From an uncultured Pseudomonadota bacterium (GTDB taxonomy: Bacteria > Pseudomonadota > Alphaproteobacteria > Rs-D84), in contig CADCKW010000002.1 in assembly GCA_902802115.1 (NCBI GenBank), positions 69,744 through 133,743 of the forward strand: 64,000 nt of DNA, read 5' to 3'. The notes beneath the pieces were generated by a model. The model did no database searches, had not been told where the DNA came from, and saw nothing but the letters and a program-made list of their open reading frames with translations. Positions 48,326 through 57,393 of the stretch are shown piece by piece (position 1 is the stretch's first letter; every line of letters starts with the position of its first letter). The translations under genes and the position numbers were made by a program.

Positions 48326-48710
48326 GTTTTCTCCCCTTTTGGTTTTTTGGTATGTGACGTGATTTTTATTTTTTGCAATGCAAAAAATAAAAATACCGCT
48401 AACGAGAGAAGCGGTCGGGGTGTTAGAAAAATCAAAATACTACAATGATCCCGCATATATTGCCATATGCAGCCACCCCGCCACAAAAACCAGCGAGGAT
48501 TTACAAATCATTGGGAATATAATTCACATAATATGACACAAAAAAATTTTGCATCGATGCGAATTAATATCGATGCAAAACCAATTTCCGTTATAACAAT
48601 ACAAGAAACACGATTAACGAATCGTTTTCTGTTTTGGGATAACGATGCAGGTCTTGCATCGGTAGTATTTTGGGCTTTTCTAGGGCCCCGAAAACAATTC
48701 CCGTTGTTTT
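48326..48710 (-). promoter_or_regulatory. conserved family leader, copy B
   Basis: Reverse complement aligns with leaders A and C, including the AT-rich IR about 35 bp upstream of the ATG. Confidence 0.6.
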
Positions 48711-48759
48711 CGCATGTTATATTAAAATAATAAATCTGGAATTTGCAATATAAAAAATT

Positions 48760-49440
48760 TTAAAACATTATTTCATCGCCGTATGCCAAAACATAACGCG
48801 TTCCACATCGTAAAACCAGCGCACCATTTTCATTTATACCAATTAATTCGGCGGTCGCACCACGATATTTAACCATCGTATTTAATCCGTTCGCCATTGA
48901 CATCCAACGTTCGCGAATCGTTGTAAAATCTGTGCGCAGGCATTTATCTATGTTTTTCATCAGGCGCGACAATACATCAGCAACCGAAACATCTGTGTAT
49001 TTTTGAAGCTTTGTTGTTTTATATTCTGGAACAGTTGGATTTGTTGCAACATTTATACCAATACCGACAATTACAAATCGACCATAATATTCAATTAAAA
49101 TCCCAGATATTTTTTTCCCATCAACCAATATATCGTTTGGCCATTTAATACTGGGGCTGACACCGAAATTTATTAATGTGTCCGCCACAGCAATCGCCAT
49201 TGCATAAGAAATTTTTGCATCGCGTTCAGGCGCAAAAAATATAAAACTGGCATATAAATTTCCATGATGCGACACCCATTTGCGTCTAAAACGACCGCGA
49301 CCATCACTTTGCGCATTTGCCACAACAACACAATGGTCTTTGGCACGACCACACGCAATTAAATCAATCGCAGTTGTCTGCGTACTGGGGATTTTATCGT
49401 ATGAAAAAACATTATATTGTGCCAAGTTTATAAACCCCAT
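48760..49440 (-). CDS. birA: biotin--protein ligase, catalytic domain (group I, no HTH)
   Basis: DGRGRFRRKWVSHHGNLYAS (GRGRRGR-type motif); 226 aa. Confidence 0.8.
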   Translation of the reverse strand: MGFINLAQYNVFSYDKIPSTQTTAIDLIACGRAKDHCVVVANAQSDGRGRFRRKWVSHHGNLYASFIFFAPERDAKISYAMAIAVADTLINFGVSPSIKWPNDILVDGKKISGILIEYYGRFVIVGIGINVATNPTVPEYKTTKLQKYTDVSVADVLSRLMKNIDKCLRTDFTTIRERWMSMANGLNTMVKYRGATAELIGINENGALVLRCGTRYVLAYGDEIMF

Positions 49441-49888
49441 TTTCCAATATTATGAAATCACGACCACATAATTTGCGTAATGTATAAATTGCTGTATCAA
49501 TCGGGTGTGTCGCGACCCCAGGCATAAAACCCAATGCATGTTTTAATTCCGCCCCAGACATACCACCGGTGCGCCACAGGGACACAATTATATTTTTTTG
49601 CACATTTGACAGTTGTGGAACATTGTCATGAAACAACGCAGATAAAATATTCGTGTTGTCAGCATAATTCAAAATCAAAGATTTTAACTCTGTCACCGTC
49701 AATGGCGAATCAGGCATAATTTCATCAAAATTAACCCCTAAAACATTTGGGCTGTCTGTCACCGTTGCACCCAGTTCATTAAAAATATGGCGCCATATCG
49801 ATTGCGATGAATAAATCTTGATTCCATTTAACATATTTTTAGCATAGCAAAAAATAATATTGTGTCCATAAAAAACGCAATACAACAC
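49412..49888 (-). CDS. hypothetical protein
   Basis: ORF track only; its end overlaps the birA start by 29 nt. Confidence 0.3.
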   Translation of the reverse strand: MLYCVFYGHNIIFCYAKNMLNGIKIYSSQSIWRHIFNELGATVTDSPNVLGVNFDEIMPDSPLTVTELKSLILNYADNTNILSALFHDNVPQLSNVQKNIIVSLWRTGGMSGAELKHALGFMPGVATHPIDTAIYTLRKLCGRDFIILENGVYKLGTI

Positions 49889-49953
49889 CGTTGATTTTTT
49901 GAAAATTTGGTGTTATGCTGGGGCCATATAAAAACCAACAAAAAGGATAGAAA

Positions 49954-51195
49954 ATGTATATACTTGCTTTGAATTGTGGTTCTTCATCATTAAAATATCA
50001 GGTTTTTGATGCCGATACAAAAAAACCTTTGGTCAGTGGTAATGTTGAAAAAATTGGATTGCCAGATTCTTTTGTCACACAAAAATATCCAGATGGCGAA
50101 AAGGTTCGCAAAGATGTTTATATGGCCGATCACAACCAGGCTTTGAATGTCGTTATTGGTTTATTGCGCGAGGCATCTATTGACATCAGCAAAATTGCCG
50201 GTGTGGGTCATCGTGTTGTGTTGGGCGGTGAAAAATTCGCTAATTCTGTTGAAATCACAGATGAAGTTATTAAAAAAATCGATGAATTATCTATGATTGC
50301 GCCATTACATAATCCGGCGGCTTTGGTTGGTATTATGGCAGCAAAACAGTTATTACCAAACGCGACCCAGGTTGCTGTATTTGATACCGCGTTTTATAAT
50401 ACTTTGCCAGAATACGCATATCGTTATGCGGTGCCGGCGGCATGGTATCGTGAATTAGGTGTGCGCCGTTATGGTTTCCATGGAACATCACATTTGTATG
50501 TTTCAAAACGCGCCGCGGCAATTTTAGGCAAACCTGCAAAAGACTGTAATTTAATCACTTTGCATATTGGGTCAGGCGCATCGGCGGCGGCAATTCGCGG
50601 GGGTGTTGCGGTTGATACTTCGTTGGGTATGACACCGGTCGCAGGATTGGTTATGGGCACACGTCCAGGTGATTTGGATTCTGGGGTTGTATTATATGTA
50701 ATGCAACGGTTGGGATTAACACCTGAACAAATGCAAAAACATTTGAATAAAGATTCTGGATTATTGGGTGTCACCGAATGTTTCGCCGACAGACGCGATG
50801 TTGAGGCAAACAAAGATGTAAAACCTGAATGCAAATTGGCAATCGAAATGGAGGCACATGCCGTCCGCAAATATATTGGTGCGTTCTTGGCGGAATTGGG
50901 GCATGTCGATGCAATCGTATTTACCGCCGGTGTTGGCGAAAATGACGATTATTTGCGCGCACAATTCTGCAAAGGTTTGGAACCATTGGGAATCAAATTG
51001 GACCCAGAAAAAAATGCGGCGGCATTGGCACGCAAAGGTGTTGAATCTGCAATTATCAGCACAGACGACAGCCCAATTAAAATTATCATGATTGCAACAA
51101 ATGAAGAATTAGTTATCGTCGAAGATACTATCGCAATTATGAACGGAACATATAATCCAGACCATTTGAAGATGGATTATTCGTTTGCAAAATAA
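49954..51195 (+). CDS. ackA: acetate (propionate) kinase
   Basis: MYILALNCGSSSLKYQVFD N-terminal ASKHA motif; 413 aa. Confidence 0.85.
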   Translation: MYILALNCGSSSLKYQVFDADTKKPLVSGNVEKIGLPDSFVTQKYPDGEKVRKDVYMADHNQALNVVIGLLREASIDISKIAGVGHRVVLGGEKFANSVEITDEVIKKIDELSMIAPLHNPAALVGIMAAKQLLPNATQVAVFDTAFYNTLPEYAYRYAVPAAWYRELGVRRYGFHGTSHLYVSKRAAAILGKPAKDCNLITLHIGSGASAAAIRGGVAVDTSLGMTPVAGLVMGTRPGDLDSGVVLYVMQRLGLTPEQMQKHLNKDSGLLGVTECFADRRDVEANKDVKPECKLAIEMEAHAVRKYIGAFLAELGHVDAIVFTAGVGENDDYLRAQFCKGLEPLGIKLDPEKNAAALARKGVESAIISTDDSPIKIIMIATNEELVIVEDTIAIMNGTYNPDHLKMDYSFAK

Positions 51196-51215
51196 TAAAT
51201 ACTTTAAAAAAAACA

Positions 51216-51250
51216 AAAATACCCAACAATTTAAGTTGGGTATTTTTTTA
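51216..51250 (+). terminator. terminator after ackA
   Basis: ATACCCAACAATTTAAGTTGGGTAT plus T-run. Confidence 0.6.
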
Positions 51251-51293
51251 TAACTGATTAAATATAGCATGTTTTTGTTGCCTAAACCGGTCT

Positions 51294-51429
51294 AAAAAAA
51301 ACCTAGGTTTAAAAGCAACAACTTTTTTCAAAAATTTTAAAATTTGCTTTTTTCGTAAAAACAATGCGTTATTCAAAATCGCAATTTGCCAGAGGTGGTG
51401 TCGAAAAAAACCTAGGTTTTTTGTATAAT
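51294..51429 (+). promoter_or_regulatory. promoter region with two AAACCTAGGTTT palindromes and an extended -10 (TGTATAAT)
   Basis: The perfect 12-bp palindrome AAACCTAGGTTT occurs at about 51297-51308 and 51407-51418, the second abutting TTTTTGTATAAT. Confidence 0.5.
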
Positions 51430-51489
51430 TTCAATATAGTGAAAAACCGCGGATTTCCGCCAGTTTATAAAATCGAGAGAGTTGCGAAA

Positions 51490-52365
51490 ATGTCTGTAAA
51501 ACGTGCATTTTTTAGTGTTTTTCAAAAAATCATGGTGGTTTGCTGTGCCATATTTTTTGGTTTTGCCAACGCATTTTCTGCAAATTTACCAAGCGGATAT
51601 ACAGAGTTAGAATATATCCAATCCAGTGGATCACAGTATATTGATACGAGGATTAAACCAGACAGTAATTTCTCTTATGAAATAAAGTTTAGTGGGTATA
51701 CGGTTCCAACTAGTGGTAGTGCAGAACATATTATGTTCGGCGAAACAGCTGCCGGTTGGAATGATATGATTGGTATTAACCAATCAAGAGCAGGTAGTCG
51801 TTCTAATGTTATTCCATATATAAAATATGATGGTGTTGCGTGTAGTTTAGCACAACAAACCAATGGTATATTAAAATTGACGCCTGTTGGATTGTATTTT
51901 AATGGCAATTTAGTGTATTCAAAAACCCCAAGTAGTTTTGGTACAGAAACTTATTCAATATATTTATTTGCTGCGAATCGTCAAGGCACTGCTTCTTACT
52001 TTACACAATATCGTCTTGAAAACTTTAAAATGTGGAACAATGACGTGTTGGTTGGTAATTTTATACCAACCAAAGATTCAAACAATGTGGTTGGTATGTA
52101 TGACACGGTTAGTGGTCAGTTCTTTACGAACGCGGGCACAGGTGAATTTATTGCCGGTCCAGAGGTTTCAATCCGCATTGCCACAACCGCATATAATGCG
52201 GCGCGGTTTAACCCAGTTAAAACAGATTTAAATAGCGCGGTGGCGACGATACGTGAAATCGTCACAAAAACGATAAATCAAACCGCCGCAAGAAAATATT
52301 TATGGATTGCCAGCCGGATACACCCCGTTGGAATATATCCAATCCAGTGGATCACAGTATATTGA
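51490..52365 (+). CDS. variable secreted protein family, copy D1 (type-I N-terminus; C-terminal module truncated and frame-fused into next cassette)
   Basis: Distinct signal peptide MSVKRAFFSVFQKIMVVCCAIFFGFANA then LPSGYTELEYIQSSGSQYIDT; the conserved C-terminal module runs only to ...TINQTAA before the frame reads into the next cassette. Confidence 0.55.
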   Translation: MSVKRAFFSVFQKIMVVCCAIFFGFANAFSANLPSGYTELEYIQSSGSQYIDTRIKPDSNFSYEIKFSGYTVPTSGSAEHIMFGETAAGWNDMIGINQSRAGSRSNVIPYIKYDGVACSLAQQTNGILKLTPVGLYFNGNLVYSKTPSSFGTETYSIYLFAANRQGTASYFTQYRLENFKMWNNDVLVGNFIPTKDSNNVVGMYDTVSGQFFTNAGTGEFIAGPEVSIRIATTAYNAARFNPVKTDLNSAVATIREIVTKTINQTAARKYLWIASRIHPVGIYPIQWITVY

Positions 52366-52885
52366 TACAGGCTTTGCTCCAACTGCGAACTATAAGCACA
52401 CGATTGTGTTCGAAACACTTTCTAGTGGTACTTGTTATTTGTGTGGTACAGGGTCTGCTGGGCAACGTTCTGGTAATGTTAAACTTACTGGCAATAATAT
52501 TCTTGATATTTATAATAACGATTCGGGAACTGGTTCCGCTGCTATATTGGGAAATGTACAATTAGCCCAAGGAAAAAATACATTGGTGCTGGACTTGCGT
52601 AACGCGAGCAAGAGTTATGTATCATTAAATGGGGTAGATTTGGAAACAACAAATACGAAAACATACATAACATCATCTTTATCTGTGACTCTATTTAGTA
52701 GTGGTGGTGCGAGTTCTTTGCCATTGAGAATATATGAATCTATAATTGAGCAAAATGGTGTTGTTATTGCACATTTCGTCCCAGCAAAAAATTCATCTGG
52801 TGTGGTTGGTATGTATGACACCGTCAATAATCGGTTTTATCAAAATGCGGGTACTGGGGAATTTACCGCGGGTCCAGAAATGTAA
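52307..52885 (+). pseudogene. variable secreted protein family, cassette D2 (no leader or signal peptide, no C-terminal module)
   Basis: Begins in-frame at (L)PAGYTPLEYIQSSGSQYIDTG without ATG, RBS or signal peptide and ends ...GTGEFTAGPEM; overlaps D1 out of frame. Confidence 0.5.
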
Positions 52886-52886
52886 T

Positions 52887-52927
52887 ACCACCACCCATGG
52901 CCTTTGGCGATGGGTGGTTTTGTTTTG
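52887..52927 (+). terminator. terminator after cassette D2
   Basis: ACCACCCATGGCCTTTGGCGATGGGTGGTTTTGTTTT. Confidence 0.55.
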
Positions 52928-53050
52928 AACAAAAAAAAGATAAAAATTTATTTATTATTTTTTCAAATTTTGAACTGATGTTCTTATTTTCACTTGACCG
53001 GGTTTGTTGGATTTTTTTATACTGAAATCGTATGAATTGGGGGAAAGATT

Positions 53051-53197
53051 ATGAAGAAAATTTTACTCGGTTTTTTCGTTGCTTTGGTACTGGCTGGTTG
53101 TGGTCAGGTTTATGATCGCGAACCGGTTGGTGTTGGTTTTGACAATAACGAATTAAAATTGTCGCCATGCGCATGTATCATGGTGTATCAGGCATAA
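53051..53197 (+). CDS. small lipoprotein (48 aa), VirB7-like by position
   Basis: Not in the ORF track (under 60 aa). MKKILLGFFVALVLAGC lipobox, GGGAAAG RBS, TTGACC-N18-TATACT promoter; directly upstream of a VirB8-like gene. Confidence 0.45.
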   Translation: MKKILLGFFVALVLAGCGQVYDREPVGVGFDNNELKLSPCACIMVYQA

Positions 53198-53220
53198 ATT
53201 AAAACATACGGGGGCAATAT

Positions 53221-53916
53221 TTGAAATACCCAGATGATTTTAATACACCTGCCTTTCCTGCGGGAAGGTTTGTCGCGGTATCTCGGTTTATGGGAACGGC
53301 GGTGATGTGTGTGTTTTTTCTTATCATCTGTGTATGTGGAATTATTTTGTGGGTCAAACGAACCCAAGATGTCACCCCGTTTTTAATTTCTATCAATCCA
53401 AACGGCGAACGTTGGACTGTTGTGGCGCATGACAATCATAAAACTACTATCCCGGCATATTATGTTTTACAGGAATCTTTGTTGAATAAATTTGTGCGAA
53501 ATTGGTTTTCTGTATCCAGTGATGCAAATGAAAATAATGCCCGTTGGGCAAAATGCAATCGCGATTCGCCGGCATGTACCCAAGACATCGGTAATGACGA
53601 TATAACTTGTGCAATTTATTGTCCAAGTGACGATGCTGTATGGGATACATTTGAACATGTTGTGTTGCCGACTTTGACCCAGATTGCAACCGTTGATGGT
53701 GATGTGTGGGCGGTAAAATCATTGTCTATGAAACCTGTGGATTCTGTGGAATCTATAACGGCAAATGGTGGTTTTTGGAAGTTAAATATCGCGGTCCAAA
53801 CAAATACAGATACTTTGTATTTTACCGGATTTGCGCGCGTTGGGTATGATATTCAGGCATATCCAAAAACCATGGGGTATTATGTCGCAGAGTTTTACAC
53901 GTACAGGATGAATTGA
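53221..53916 (+). CDS. VirB8-like type IV secretion inner-membrane protein
   Basis: Short cytoplasmic N-terminus, one TM helix, about 170-aa periplasmic domain; follows the small lipoprotein. Confidence 0.5.
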   Translation: MKYPDDFNTPAFPAGRFVAVSRFMGTAVMCVFFLIICVCGIILWVKRTQDVTPFLISINPNGERWTVVAHDNHKTTIPAYYVLQESLLNKFVRNWFSVSSDANENNARWAKCNRDSPACTQDIGNDDITCAIYCPSDDAVWDTFEHVVLPTLTQIATVDGDVWAVKSLSMKPVDSVESITANGGFWKLNIAVQTNTDTLYFTGFARVGYDIQAYPKTMGYYVAEFYTYRMN

Positions 53917-54572
53917 TGTTGAGAAAGTTGTTTTTGTTCTTAATCGGTTTATTGATGTTGGCATCTATGCTGGGGCTGTTGTTTTTTGCGGGTGCGATTT
54001 ATGATTCCCAAGAAAAACATACCATTGAAACATTTTTTTGGGAACCAAATTCACAATCTAAAAATCGTGTATCGACACCGGTTTCTGCCGATGATACACC
54101 TGATAAATTTTTACGCGACAGTTTGATTGCCCGGTTTATGAACGAATATTTTTATGTAATACCAGATACAAACAATGCAAATGCACGCGCAGAATTTGTA
54201 AATACTGATGGAACTTTGACCGCATTGTATGGTTTGTCGCAAAAATCTGTGTCGTCAAAATGGCGCAATACCGTCGCACCTGAAATCCAAGATATGGCGG
54301 CGCGTGGCGCCATGCGCCAGGTCGAAGTATTGGAAATCGCCGATGCAGAAACAGGACATTTGGTTGTAAATTACCGTTTAAAAACTTGGAACGAACCGAA
54401 TAATCTTTTTGCCATGCCTGATATCACATATGGCAGTATATATTTAAATGTCACGCGCGACCCAATACACGTCAATCAAACAAAAGAGGTTTTGGATTTA
54501 CTGCGTGATGGAACCGATCCTGCGGCGGCGTTTGCAGATACTTTTCAAATTTTGGACGTGCCACAACAATAA
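53913..54572 (+). CDS. membrane-anchored periplasmic protein (possible second VirB8-like paralog)
   Basis: N-terminal TM anchor then soluble domain; overlaps the upstream gene by 4 nt. Confidence 0.3.
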   Translation: MMLRKLFLFLIGLLMLASMLGLLFFAGAIYDSQEKHTIETFFWEPNSQSKNRVSTPVSADDTPDKFLRDSLIARFMNEYFYVIPDTNNANARAEFVNTDGTLTALYGLSQKSVSSKWRNTVAPEIQDMAARGAMRQVEVLEIADAETGHLVVNYRLKTWNEPNNLFAMPDITYGSIYLNVTRDPIHVNQTKEVLDLLRDGTDPAAAFADTFQILDVPQQ

Positions 54573-54581
54573 AGGTTTAAT

Positions 54582-55415
54582 ATGCTGAATACTTTGAGGA
54601 ATATTTTAATAGGTTTTGTTTTGTCTGTGCCGATGTGTATGAATTATGCCTGGGCCGATGATGATTTTGATTTGTTGGGCGATGAAGAAGACGCATTTGT
54701 AGATGGGACAAATCCTGACATTATGTATGAAGATTCGGGTGACGATGATTCGTTATCGGGTGGTGGTAATATTACTTTGAATGACGGTGCCGGTGTTGTA
54801 AATGTCGGTGGTTTTGATATTGCGGGCATTATGTTGGGTATGTCTTTTGAAGATGTTTATAATTTATATCACAATCAAAGCAATCTGTATTCGCCACGCA
54901 AACGCAACAGTTTGGTTTATACTATTCCAACAGATTGGAAATATAATTTGGATTATGAATGTCGGCAATCTGGTGTGATTCAACCAAATAAATTAGACAA
55001 ATGTATTCGCGGTCTGGCACGCAGTCGTGGTTTATTATATGTATCCGAAATTCATTTGGAAAGGTCCAGAACCGGCGAAACAATCGATGTATATTTGACC
55101 AGTAATGCCACCGACAATGTTGTTTATAGAATTGTTTATAACAATGATGTCGAAAAATTAGAAAGTCAAAATCCTAAATTCATAGACCAACGCGAAAAAC
55201 GTCGTTTGGCTTTTTGGAAAAATGTCGTTGAAAAATATGGCGAACCAAATGCGGGTATCGATACATGGGCAACATCAACAAATGCGTATGACCCAAAAAT
55301 GACTGCGTATTATGATTCACTGGATTTAATTGATGAAGGTCGTCGCGCCATGGACGCGGCAAATTCTGCACAACAATCGCGCGAAAATTTCCGCGCCAAA
55401 CCATATGCTTTTTAA
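54582..55415 (+). CDS. secreted hypothetical protein with acidic N-terminal region
   Basis: Signal peptide (NYAWADDD), Asp/Gly-rich low-complexity stretch; no recognised domain. Confidence 0.4.
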   Translation: MLNTLRNILIGFVLSVPMCMNYAWADDDFDLLGDEEDAFVDGTNPDIMYEDSGDDDSLSGGGNITLNDGAGVVNVGGFDIAGIMLGMSFEDVYNLYHNQSNLYSPRKRNSLVYTIPTDWKYNLDYECRQSGVIQPNKLDKCIRGLARSRGLLYVSEIHLERSRTGETIDVYLTSNATDNVVYRIVYNNDVEKLESQNPKFIDQREKRRLAFWKNVVEKYGEPNAGIDTWATSTNAYDPKMTAYYDSLDLIDEGRRAMDAANSAQQSRENFRAKPYAF

Positions 55416-55417
55416 AC

Positions 55418-55759
55418 ATGAATACATATCGCAAGGGACTTTTCAGTGAATGGTATGCCAGACAGTTTCTGCGTTTGCATGGGTTCAGTATTTTAAAAAC
55501 GCGTTATGTGACGGGGCGCAATACAAACCGCGCGGAAATTGATATAATCGCAAAAAAACACAATACTATCGTTTTCATAGAGGTTAAATATCGCCCAGAT
55601 TTATTATCTGCATGGGACGCAATCACACCAACACAAATTCGGCGATTGCGCGATGCCGCAGATACATATCTGGCAAAAAAGAAATGGATTGGCGATGCCA
55701 GATTTGATGTGATTGCGGTTTGTGGTTGGAAAATTTATTGGGCAAAAAACGCATTTTGA
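55418..55759 (+). CDS. yraN: YraN/UPF0102-family endonuclease-like protein
   Basis: 113 aa with ...DIIAKKHNTIVFIEVKYR..., the conserved core of UPF0102. Confidence 0.65.
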   Translation: MNTYRKGLFSEWYARQFLRLHGFSILKTRYVTGRNTNRAEIDIIAKKHNTIVFIEVKYRPDLLSAWDAITPTQIRRLRDAADTYLAKKKWIGDARFDVIAVCGWKIYWAKNAF

Positions 55760-55819
55760 TAATTGAAAAAATTCCTAATATGTTTTAGTATTTACACATA
55801 CTTTGCAAAGGAGTAAATT

Positions 55820-55969
55820 ATGAAAAAAGTATTATTGGCATTGTTTGCCGTATTAACATTGGCGGCATGCACAGGTTCATATAAATCTGGCAACTGCGAA
55901 TATGATTTCTTGTTGCACAAAGACATTTCCATTTCTAAATGGATTGGTAATGCGACTGGGGGTTGCTAG
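55820..55969 (+). CDS. small lipoprotein (49 aa)
   Basis: Not in the ORF track; AAGGAG RBS; MKKVLLALFAVLTLAACTGS lipobox. Confidence 0.4.
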   Translation: MKKVLLALFAVLTLAACTGSYKSGNCEYDFLLHKDISISKWIGNATGGC

Positions 55970-56027
55970 ATTTATATTCGTAAAAAAAATGGGGCAAATT
56001 GCCCCATCTTTTGTATTCGTACCAAAT

Positions 56028-56585
56028 TTATTTGCAAACCACCACCATTGCAGGACGCAAAACCGTATCGCCATACATGTATCCAGACTGCATTTCTGCA
56101 AAGATTGTGTTTGGTGCATGTTCATCGTCCGCCGGCGCAGTTGATACTGCACTGTGAAATTGAGGGTTTAACGGTTGTCCCAAACTTTCGATTTTCACAA
56201 TTCCAATTTGCGCAAATGCGGAATTCAAAGCCATCGCCAAAGATTTTATACCCTCGTCTTCTGGGGTTTGTTTTAATGCCGCATCTAACGCGTCCATCAC
56301 CGGCAAGAATTTTTTTGCAATTCCCATGCCAACGGTGCGCGCCGCAGATTCCGCATCACGCACACTGCGACGGCGTGTATTTTCCAATTCGGCGGCAACA
56401 CGCATATATTTATCGGTCATGTCTGCGACCTGGGTCTGTAAATCTGCGACCAATTTATCGGTTTCGTTTTCAGTTGCCGTTTCATTTGTATTATCTGGGG
56501 TTCCAGATTTTTCGTTCTTTTCCGCATCGTTCAAAGATACAGATTCAACATCTACTTCTTTTTTAATATCTTTATCGTTTTCCAT
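56028..56585 (-). CDS. grpE: nucleotide exchange factor GrpE
   Basis: Acidic N-terminus, coiled coil, C-terminal GrpE beta-domain (GDTVLRPAMVVV). Confidence 0.85.
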   Translation of the reverse strand: MENDKDIKKEVDVESVSLNDAEKNEKSGTPDNTNETATENETDKLVADLQTQVADMTDKYMRVAAELENTRRRSVRDAESAARTVGMGIAKKFLPVMDALDAALKQTPEDEGIKSLAMALNSAFAQIGIVKIESLGQPLNPQFHSAVSTAPADDEHAPNTIFAEMQSGYMYGDTVLRPAMVVVCK

Positions 56586-56615
56586 ATCAACCTGCCATGT
56601 ATAAATTATTGTATA

Positions 56616-57323
56616 TTATTCAGCATTTTTAATTATAGGTATAAAATCATCTAATTTCAAGGACGCACCACCAACCAAAACACCATCAACATTTGGCACA
56701 GACATAATTTCATGTGCATTTGCCCCCGTCACAGACGCGCCATATAAAATTGGTGTATCTGTAAATCCCATATCATTTAATGTTTCGCGAATAATTTTAT
56801 GGACCGCACCAATTTGTTGTGTCGTTGGGGTAATACCTGCGCCAATTGCCCAACGCGGTTCATACGCAATAATAAATCCGCCGTCGGTCGCATTATCAGG
56901 CACAGATTCCCGCACACCGTTTTCAACAACACGAATCGTCAATCCCATATCGCGTTCTGTGGCGGTTTCACCAATGCAAATAATAGGAATTAAATCGTTT
57001 AAAATCGCCATTTTTGCGCGTTCGGCGACATCTGTGTTCGTATCATGCAACGCGTCGCGACATTCGCTGTGTCCAACCAAAGTCACCACCGCACCAGTAT
57101 CACGCACCATTTTTGCAGAAATTTCGCTGGTATGGGCACCTGATTCAAATTTACTGACATTTTGTGCGCCAATCATCACGACATCGTTTCCCGCCCGCAA
57201 CATAGTATATGGAACACATAAAATCACCCTGGATTCAGTATCTATCCCGGACAAATCATTTATCATATTGTCCAAAGATTTTACATCACCGTTCATTTTC
57301 CAATTTCCAGCAATTATTTTCAT
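56616..57323 (-). CDS. tpiA: triosephosphate isomerase
   Basis: MKIIAGNWKMNG start, catalytic IAYEPRWAIG and GGASL motifs; track ORF extends to 57356. Confidence 0.85.
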   Translation of the reverse strand: MKIIAGNWKMNGDVKSLDNMINDLSGIDTESRVILCVPYTMLRAGNDVVMIGAQNVSKFESGAHTSEISAKMVRDTGAVVTLVGHSECRDALHDTNTDVAERAKMAILNDLIPIICIGETATERDMGLTIRVVENGVRESVPDNATDGGFIIAYEPRWAIGAGITPTTQQIGAVHKIIRETLNDMGFTDTPILYGASVTGANAHEIMSVPNVDGVLVGGASLKLDDFIPIIKNAE

Positions 57324-57393
57324 GTGTTTTCCCCTATTTTTTTCGTTGCAATTCAAATATCACCTTTGCTATGGTAATGCAAAAGGAAAAAAA

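Noticed and set aside
56048-56566. 172-aa plus-strand ORF
   Set aside because: It is antisense to grpE, which has clear homology on the minus strand.
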